Positions 17,885-25,900 of a stretch of DNA of 64,000 bases are shown here, in pieces; position 1 is the first letter of the stretch, and every line of letters starts with the position of its first letter. Source of the DNA: a virus; IMG/VR virus record IMGVR_UViG_3300028920_001037, positions 11,063-75,062 of that record. One strand, given 5' to 3'. The notes under the pieces are model-generated. The model saw only the letters and a list, made by a program, of their open reading frames with translations, searched no databases and was not told where the DNA came from. The translations under genes were made by a program, and so were the position numbers.

Positions 17885-19069
17885 TTATATTTCAAGAAAA
17901 TCAGCTAATCCCTTTTTTTGTCCGGTTTTTACAGGTTCTTTTTCAGGTTCATCCTCATGGAAACCAAACATATCTTTAACGTAATCAGCTGGTAACCTAT
18001 TTTTATCCTTAGATTTAAGGCTTTTAAACACATCTGGATCTTTATCAATTGCCATTCTCATTATATCAATATCAGGATCTTCTATATAAGTAACTGCATA
18101 TGGATCAGCCTTAACAGCGGCTTGTTGAACTTCTCTTGGTGGATCTTTAATATTTTTAATTCCTAATGGCGATTTAGTAACTGCTCTAAGCATATCTTCT
18201 ATTTCGACTTTTGCTCTTTCACTTTCAGCAGTTTTACCATAAACATCTTTAACATAAGCTGCCCAAGGACCTCTTAAATCTTGACTAATTCTAGTAAGAC
18301 CTTTATATGGATTATCAAAATAAAATGACATTGGATTACTAATATATCTTTTATCATCTAGTATTTTTTTAATCCTAAATGAATCCAACTCTTTATTCTT
18401 TGTAAATATTGAACCTGTATTATGTTCTAAATCAAATACATAATCCAAATATTCAAACTGTTTACGCTGGTTTACATTAGGAACATCTAATGCTTGAATA
18501 GCTGATTCCGCTATATTCTTCCACGCACTTCCACCATATTGATCGCTTATCCAACCACTTCCATCTGCAAATGCAAACTTAGCAAACTCAAATAAATCAA
18601 AAGGTCTATATCCATATTTCTTCATAAATTCTTTTGTCATTTCATAAACATCTTTATAACCTTGTGCATAACTTACTTTATGTGGTTCCAATATAAGTTT
18701 ATCCGATGATGTTCTCTTGTCTGGGTCTGCAAAATATTTAACATAATCCAAGAAAAATTTCTTTACTCTATCTCCACCTTTTAACCATTTTGGTGGCTCA
18801 CCTTCTAATGCTGATGGTTTTCTAAAATGTAAATAGTGCGCGATTTCAGCTGATATTGCTAATTTTAAATTATATAAAAGTTCTTTATACCAATAATCTA
18901 TAATGGTTTTTTGTGCATCCTTTAAAGCATAAGCTAGATCTTCATCTCTTAAAGAATCTGGATTTATAACAGACAATGCATAAAAATCATACATGGCAGA
19001 ATAAAAGTCTTCTGGTTTATAATGCCAGTTAGAAAAAAGTTCTTTAAGATAATAATCTTTAAATCTCAT
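17885..19069 (-). CDS. Putative capsid-targeted protein with YGG..W / D..HN.G domain and C-terminal helical (DUF4116-like) repeats
   Basis: MRFKDYYLKE; YGGSAWKNIA, DLEHNTGSIFTK; AVK.DP.A..YI repeats. Confidence 0.6.
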   Translation of the reverse strand: MRFKDYYLKELFSNWHYKPEDFYSAMYDFYALSVINPDSLRDEDLAYALKDAQKTIIDYWYKELLYNLKLAISAEIAHYLHFRKPSALEGEPPKWLKGGDRVKKFFLDYVKYFADPDKRTSSDKLILEPHKVSYAQGYKDVYEMTKEFMKKYGYRPFDLFEFAKFAFADGSGWISDQYGGSAWKNIAESAIQALDVPNVNQRKQFEYLDYVFDLEHNTGSIFTKNKELDSFRIKKILDDKRYISNPMSFYFDNPYKGLTRISQDLRGPWAAYVKDVYGKTAESERAKVEIEDMLRAVTKSPLGIKNIKDPPREVQQAAVKADPYAVTYIEDPDIDIMRMAIDKDPDVFKSLKSKDKNRLPADYVKDMFGFHEDEPEKEPVKTGQKKGLADFLEI

Positions 19070-19340
19070 TTTTTATTCTCCATATATTTTTTATCTGTTC
19101 TTCTAACTATTTTATAACCTTTTGTATATAAATAATTTATTATATTGCAAGATTCTTTAAATGCTGGATCTTGATTGTTAACTGCATATAACAAATCAAC
19201 TTCGGCATTTTTAATAGCATCTATCATTATATTTCTAGTTTCTTCTATAATTTGAAGATCTATATCATCACTTTTACTTTCAAGTATTTCATTTTCTTTC
19301 AGTTGTAAAAAATCTTTAAATCTCATTTTTTATTCTCCAT
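19054..19340. repeat. 30-bp perfect direct repeat flanking gene 19066-19326
   Basis: AATCTTTAAATCTCATTTTTTATTCTCCAT at 19054-19083 and 19311-19340 (MENKK-stop, GGAG RBS, MRFKD). Confidence 0.85.
19066..19326 (-). CDS. Putative capsid-targeted internal protein
   Basis: N-terminus MRFKDFLQLKE. Confidence 0.55.
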   Translation of the reverse strand: MRFKDFLQLKENEILESKSDDIDLQIIEETRNIMIDAIKNAEVDLLYAVNNQDPAFKESCNIINYLYTKGYKIVRRTDKKYMENKK

Positions 19341-19586
19341 TCTCTTTTGACCTACTTTACCAAAATAACTTATTCCGTTTGCTAATGAATAAAGAACTAT
19401 AACACTTTGTGGAATAGTTTGTATTGCTCCTTTACTTAAACACAATCCCGTCCAAACTCCCCAGAAACAAAGATTAGAAAGTACAACACAAGTTAAGAAA
19501 CCAAACCTTACAGATGACCAATGTTCTCCACCATTCTTAAACATTGATGATAGTCTATGCAATAATGTATCGATAAATTGTTTCAT
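19323..19586 (-). CDS. Small two-TM membrane protein (holin-like topology)
   Basis: WSSVR followed by two hydrophobic segments; AAGGA RBS before ATG 19586. Confidence 0.55.
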   Translation of the reverse strand: MKQFIDTLLHRLSSMFKNGGEHWSSVRFGFLTCVVLSNLCFWGVWTGLCLSKGAIQTIPQSVIVLYSLANGISYFGKVGQKRMENKK

Positions 19587-19597
19587 ATTTATATCCT

Positions 19598-19774
19598 TTA
19601 CATAAATAAGTCTTTTATTTTTGACCAATTTGTTTTTGGTTGTTGTGGTGTTGATTTAGCTTTTTTAACTTTTGTTTGTAAAGTTTTTATAGTATCAACA
19701 GAATCGGATTTGATTTCCATTGAGTACGAAATACTTAAAAAAATTAAAGTAATTATAAGTATTATTTTTTTCAT
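19598..19774 (-). CDS. Small secreted protein (58 aa, below the ORF-track cutoff)
   Basis: MKKIILIITLIFLSISYS signal-like peptide; ATGA overlap. Confidence 0.55.
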   Translation of the reverse strand: MKKIILIITLIFLSISYSMEIKSDSVDTIKTLQTKVKKAKSTPQQPKTNWSKIKDLFM

Positions 19775-20070
19775 TTTGTAAATTTTCCTTTTAATTTTTT
19801 AGCTTCTTCTAGTGCTATTTTATATTCTTCATTTGTTGGAAACCTTTCGGTTAATCTTTTAATAGCATTTACAATCATCTTTTTATTTTCTTCATCTAGA
19901 AAACCACGACCAATCATAGTATAATAAAAACCATTTAAGATTTCATCAGAAGATAAATTACTATTATTAACTTCATCTAATTCTTTATCGGTTGGATCTC
20001 TGTATATAGTTTCATTAAATATACTAGGTTTGCTATTAATGTTTTCTTTTAAATATTGTTTAAAGCTCAT
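19771..20070 (-). CDS. Putative capsid-targeted internal protein
   Basis: Start at ATG 20070 gives MSFKQYLKE. Confidence 0.55.
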   Translation of the reverse strand: MSFKQYLKENINSKPSIFNETIYRDPTDKELDEVNNSNLSSDEILNGFYYTMIGRGFLDEENKKMIVNAIKRLTERFPTNEEYKIALEEAKKLKGKFTK

Positions 20071-21518
20071 GATTCTTTCCAATCCTTAACTAGTTGTTCT
20101 ATAGTTTCCATATCGTCTAATGGTATTTCATTATCCATAACATAATCAGTTACGTCTTTAATAATGTCGCCCATTTTCGGTCCTGGTTTTATATCCGGGC
20201 GGATCCGCATAATCAATTTACCATTGATAACTTTTCTAACAGCATCAACTGCGTCTTTACCTTTTGACCATTCTTTAATCTTATTTATCTTTTCTTGTAT
20301 TTCATTCCACTCTTTCTGGTCATATAAACTTCCTCTTGCTTTAGTATCTGCCAATGCAACTTGTTGTAACACATCAAAATATGGAGATTTCAATAATTGT
20401 GCAATGGTCGAGTTACTCATCTTTGGAATATTAAAATAGTTCATATGATTACTAGCCGCAAAAATTAAAGCGTCTTTCATCTTATTTTGTAGTTTAAGTC
20501 TGTCTGCAATTTTTTCCAATATGCGTTTTGACTCTCCTTCATGACCATGATATGTATGAGTTCCTTTTTCTGTATCAAACTTATATGTTTCTGGTTTACC
20601 AACATCATGTAAAAGTATAGCCATATTAACTGTTGGGTCATTTCCTTTGTAAGTTCTAAGAGCTGCAATTGTGTGTTGAATGACGTTGCCTTCTGGATGG
20701 TGAGCAGGTGTATGCTGAAACCCTTCCATAACATCAATCTCTGGAAGAATGTATTGTAATAGTCCAACATCTTTCATCATTAAGATGGCATCAGCAAATT
20801 TAGTTCCCGGTTCTTTAGCCATCTTTAAAACTTCTTTCATTATTCTTTCGGCGGCTTGACCCTTAATTTTATCAGACTGTGATTGAATTGCTTTAAAAGT
20901 TTCTGGCTCTACATTAAATCCCATACGAGAGGCAAAACGAATTGCTCTAAGCATTCTAATATAATCTTCTGTAAATCTTTCTTCTGGATTACCAACAGTT
21001 CTAAGAACTTTATCTTTAATATCTTTCTTACCATCAAAATAGTCTAGAATATTTCCATCTCTATCTATTGCCATTGCATTAATTGTAAAATCTCTACGAG
21101 CAGCGTCATCTTTAAAGTCTGGAACTATTGTTACTTTATCCGGATGTCTGCCATCAGTATACGTTCCATCTGAACGAAAATTAGAAATTTCAAAATTATA
21201 ACCTTTATATTCTACAACCACAATACCAAATTCTTTATTTCTTCCGATGTCATGTGATGGAAATAATCTATCGACAGTTTCCATAGGAACATTGGTTGCT
21301 ATATCAACATCATCGAAATCTTTTCCTAATATAATATCTCTGACTGCACCACCAACGATATAGTTCTTTGAATCTGGTTTAGCTTTCTTTAGTTTATCTA
21401 ATATTTCAACACCTGCTTTAAGTGGTGGAGTTTTTTCAACGTATTCTTCCCAGTCACCAAAGCGATCTTCGTCTTCAATATAGCCTTCTTTAAAAATATA
21501 AAATTCTTTAAATCTCAT
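20067..21518 (-). CDS. cca: Class II CCA-adding tRNA nucleotidyltransferase with HD domain
   Basis: VGGAVRD, DVDIAT, RRDFTINAMA, EDYIRMLRA (EDxxR templating motif), ERI..E, HT...LLHDVGK; N-terminus MRFKEFYIFKE. Confidence 0.9.
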   Translation of the reverse strand: MRFKEFYIFKEGYIEDEDRFGDWEEYVEKTPPLKAGVEILDKLKKAKPDSKNYIVGGAVRDIILGKDFDDVDIATNVPMETVDRLFPSHDIGRNKEFGIVVVEYKGYNFEISNFRSDGTYTDGRHPDKVTIVPDFKDDAARRDFTINAMAIDRDGNILDYFDGKKDIKDKVLRTVGNPEERFTEDYIRMLRAIRFASRMGFNVEPETFKAIQSQSDKIKGQAAERIMKEVLKMAKEPGTKFADAILMMKDVGLLQYILPEIDVMEGFQHTPAHHPEGNVIQHTIAALRTYKGNDPTVNMAILLHDVGKPETYKFDTEKGTHTYHGHEGESKRILEKIADRLKLQNKMKDALIFAASNHMNYFNIPKMSNSTIAQLLKSPYFDVLQQVALADTKARGSLYDQKEWNEIQEKINKIKEWSKGKDAVDAVRKVINGKLIMRIRPDIKPGPKMGDIIKDVTDYVMDNEIPLDDMETIEQLVKDWKES

Positions 21519-21527
21519 TTTTATTCC

Positions 21528-22154
21528 TTAAAAAATAAATTTATTTACTAGTGTATATCTAATATTAAAGATACCAAACAATATTTGAATCTCTTTAAGA
21601 CATTCATTCATTCCACCACCACATAAAAGACAGTTATTAAAATCTCTTTTTAGTTCAGCTATATTTATATCTGGATTCCATATTGTTATACCTTCATCTT
21701 CTATAGCTTCAAATCCATTATTATAATCTTCTTCTGATAATATATTCTTCCATTGATCTAAAGGTACATCTCTACTATCAGTAATTTTATTATTATACAT
21801 ATATCTTAAAGTTTGTTTAACTCCATTTTCACTAATACCATGATCTAAAAAGTCACGAAAGAATGAATAACCTTTATCATAAAAATCAACATTATTCCAA
21901 TCCCAATCAGTATAAAGACTTTCATTGTATTCTGCAAGCCAGCTTCTAATAACATCAGGTGAATCCTCACTTGCTATTGTTTCGGGGCCATTATAGAAAT
22001 ATAATATATTTTTCTTGATACTAGTTAAAAAATCTCCAAATTCTGTTAGGTCAAACTTAATATTATCTTTATATAAAGGTTGCACATCAACAACGACTAG
22101 GCTACGAAATGTGCTTCCCATACGTTCATTTAGATAATATTCTTTGAATCTCAT
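21528..22154 (-). CDS. Isochorismatase-fold protein, putatively capsid-targeted
   Basis: MRFKEYYLNE; LVVVDVQP, DKGY, LCGG..NECL. Confidence 0.55.
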   Translation of the reverse strand: MRFKEYYLNERMGSTFRSLVVVDVQPLYKDNIKFDLTEFGDFLTSIKKNILYFYNGPETIASEDSPDVIRSWLAEYNESLYTDWDWNNVDFYDKGYSFFRDFLDHGISENGVKQTLRYMYNNKITDSRDVPLDQWKNILSEEDYNNGFEAIEDEGITIWNPDINIAELKRDFNNCLLCGGGMNECLKEIQILFGIFNIRYTLVNKFIF

Positions 22155-22897
22155 TATTTACCGCGTCTCTTTTCTAACCAGTTAGAATACGACATATAGT
22201 CTTTTAAAAGTGTTATAACATCATTATATGTTTTAAGTTCGTTTAAATCTTTTATCTTTGCATATTTGCTTCTTTTGGTAAGGAAAAGTATTTGTTTAGG
22301 TAAAACCATCCAGTATCTTTGTATATCAAATATTATTTCTTCTTCACCACCAACAGGCGGAAGTTCATTATTATATTCCTTATATGTTTGATGAATCTTA
22401 TCAAGAACATCGTTATATTCTTCTTCATTCTCAATATCTTTTATAGGTGTAGTTAAATCTCCCATATTTAATTCTTTTGGGCTTTTATCCGATAAGATTG
22501 CAATATCATTTGTAATTGGTGATACAAAAGACTTAAATGGTTTAATTGGAACCATAATTCCTGGATTTCCAAAAACAGAAAAGGTATGTAATTTGTAAGT
22601 TGCAAATGCTGGTTTTCTAATTCCTAACTTTCTTCTCACCATATCGGCTGCTAATTGATTTCGACCAACTAAAAAACTACCACGAAATACAACATCACCA
22701 TCGACTTCTTTCCTATCATTAATAACTTCTACAGCAGGCCACGGCCCTCTATTTACAGAAAAGGATCTCCACACAATATCCTTATTTGATAAATCAAGAC
22801 TATTAATATCATTAATTATCAATGGCAAACTATCGGTCAGCTTGCCTCGTTCTGGATAGACTATATCTTCTGATAAATAATAATCTTTAAATCTCAT
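22154..22897 (-). CDS. Putative capsid-targeted protein, possibly ADP-ribosyltransferase-like
   Basis: MRFKDYYLSE; IVWRS, AFAT, EEEIIF loosely match the R-S-E ART signature. Confidence 0.4.
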   Translation of the reverse strand: MRFKDYYLSEDIVYPERGKLTDSLPLIINDINSLDLSNKDIVWRSFSVNRGPWPAVEVINDRKEVDGDVVFRGSFLVGRNQLAADMVRRKLGIRKPAFATYKLHTFSVFGNPGIMVPIKPFKSFVSPITNDIAILSDKSPKELNMGDLTTPIKDIENEEEYNDVLDKIHQTYKEYNNELPPVGGEEEIIFDIQRYWMVLPKQILFLTKRSKYAKIKDLNELKTYNDVITLLKDYMSYSNWLEKRRGK

Positions 22898-22915
22898 ATA
22901 CTTATACCTCTTATA

Positions 22916-22923
22916 TATTTATA
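22916..22923 (-). promoter_or_regulatory. T4-type late promoter
   Basis: TATAAATA upstream of 22897. Confidence 0.65.
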
Positions 22924-22927
22924 TTTA

Positions 22928-25900
22928 TTAGTTTAACATCATAACACGATTATTTAAGGATACTACAGCACCTGAACTAGAACTTGATTCAGAAGACTCT
23001 GAACTGCTAGATTCAGATGAACTACTAGACTCTGAACTTGAGCTTTCAGATGATGAGCTAGATTCACTAGAACTAGATGATGAACTTGACTCGGATGATG
23101 ATGAGCTAGATTCTGATGATGAACTTTCAGATGAACTGCTTGATTCGGAAGAAGATTCTTGTGCCAGTTCTAAATAAAGTTTACTTATATAAAATTCATG
23201 AAACTGACTTCCAGTAGATTCATGATCTATTCTTAATATAATATCTCCAGCACTTAAATAATCAGAAGAATCTAAAAGACTAAATGCTGAAGTGTATGGA
23301 GAACTAGCATCTGGAAAATCTGTAGTTGCACTTGTTACATCATCCCATTGTGATAGAGTATAATTCCATTGTTTCAATTTTACATTATGTGATGGGCTTC
23401 CATCATAATATCCAGTAAAGTTTAAAATAATATCAGTAGATGGTACATCATCATATTCACCATATTTAAAATCATATACAAAACCTGGAGTACCACTAGT
23501 TTCACCCAATACTAAATTATTACTGCTACTTTCTTTATATACGTCTGATAATTGACCAGCCAGTATACTACCAACTACAACATTTAAGGATGAAGGATTC
23601 CACCAATTATCAGCCTCACTACTACTAGATTCAGAACTTGAGCTCGACTCACTAGAACTTGACTCTGAACTTGAACTTGATTCAGATGATGAGCTTTCTG
23701 ACGAACTTGATGATTCTGAACTTGAACTTTCCGATGATGAGCTAGATTCACTAGAGCTACTAGACTCCGAACTTGAACTTTCAGATGATGAGCTAGATTC
23801 ACTAGAGCTAGATTCTGATGAACTGCTTGACTCACTTGAACTTGATTCAGATGAAGAACTTGACTCACTAGAACTCGACTCAGACGAACTTGACGATTCA
23901 GAACTACTTGATTCCGAACTAGAACTCTCTGATGAACTTGACGACTCAGAACTAGAAGATTCAGACGATGAACTAGACTCTGATGAACTAGAACTTGACT
24001 CAGATGAAGAACTTGACTCAGATGAACTAGATGATTCAGAACTAGAACTTTCCGATGAAGAACTTGATTCACTTGAACTGCTACTAGATTCGGAACTTGA
24101 ACTTGACTCAGATGAGCTACTCGACTCAGATGAGCTACTACTTGATTCACTTGAACTAGATGACTCAGATGAGCTACTACTTGATTCACTTGAACTAGAT
24201 GACTCAGATGAGCTACTTGATTCAGATGAACTAGAAGAAGAACTTTCAGAACTAGAACTTGAAGATTCACTACTACTACTTGACTCAGACGAACTACTAC
24301 TTGATGACTCTGAACTTGAGCTAGACTCTGAACTTGAGCTACTAGATTCCGATGAAGAACTAGATTCCGATGAAGAACTAGAACTAGATTCGCTTGAGCT
24401 ACTTGACTCCGATGATGAACTAGACTCAGAGGAGCTAGAACTAGATTCACTTGAGCTAGATGATTCTGATGATGAGCTTGACTCAGAGGAACTAGAACTT
24501 GATTCTGAACTACTACTTGACTCACTTGAACTGCTAGATTCAGATGAGGAACTAGATGATTCAGAACTAGAACTTGACTCACTAGAACTACTTGATTCTG
24601 AACTTGAGCTACTAGATTCACTAGAACTACTTGATTCACTTGAACTAGATGACGAACTTTCAGAACTAGAACTAGACTCACTTGAGCTACTGCTTGATTC
24701 TGAACTGCTACTTGATTCAGAGGAACTAGAACTTGATGATTCTGAACTACTACTTGACTCAGAACTAGAACTAGAACTTTCTGATGAACTACTTGACTCA
24801 GATGATGAACTTGACTCAGAGCTAGAACTCGATGATTCTGAACTGCTACTCGACTCACTTGAACTTGATGATGAACTTTCTGAACTTGAGCTTGATTCAC
24901 TTGAGCTACTGCTTGACTCGGAAGAACTTGACGATTCAGAACTACTGCTTGACTCAGAACTGGAACTAGAACTTTCCGAACTGCTAGAAGATTCTGATGA
25001 ACTTGATGATGAACTTTCTGAACTTGAGCTTGATTCACTTGAGCTACTGCTTGACTCAGAAGAACTTGACGATTCAGAAGAGCTAGAAGATTCACTACTT
25101 GAACTTGATTCAGAGGAACTACTGCTAGATTCCGATGAAGAACTAGATTCCGATGAAGAACTAGAACTAGATTCTGATGAACTACTAGATTCACTTGAAC
25201 TGCTACTAGATTCTGATGAACTGCTTGATTCGGATGAAGAACTAGATTCTGATGAACTTGAGCTTGACTCTGATGATGAACTTGACTCACTAGAGCTAGA
25301 TGATGAACTCTCCGATGATGAGCTTGACTCAGATGAACTAGAACTCGATTCACTAGAACTGCTTGATTCTGAACTTGAGCTAGATGACTCAGATGATGAA
25401 CTTGATTCTGATGAAGAACTTGATTCACTTGAACTAGAACTTGACTCCGATGATGAACTAGACTCACTCGAGCTACTACTTGATGATTCAGAACTACTAC
25501 TAGACTCACTTGAGCTACTACTTGATTCCGATGAACTTGATGACTCAGATGAAGAACTAGAACTCGACTCACTTGAGCTAGATGATTCTGATGAACTAGA
25601 TGATGAACTTTCCGAACTAGAGCTAGATTCTGAACTTGAACTAGAAGATTCCGAACTACTACTAGACTCACTTGAGCTACTGCTTGATGATTCACTGGAG
25701 CTACTTGATTCGCTAGAACTAGAACTTGATTCAGAACTACTGCTAGATTCTGAACTAGAACTTGACTCTGAACTTGAACTACTAGATTCAGATGATGAAC
25801 TTGACTCAGAACTAGAACTACTACTTGATTCAGATGAAGAACTAGACTCACTTGAGCTACTACTTGATTCACTAGAGCTAGACGATTCTGATGAAGAGCT

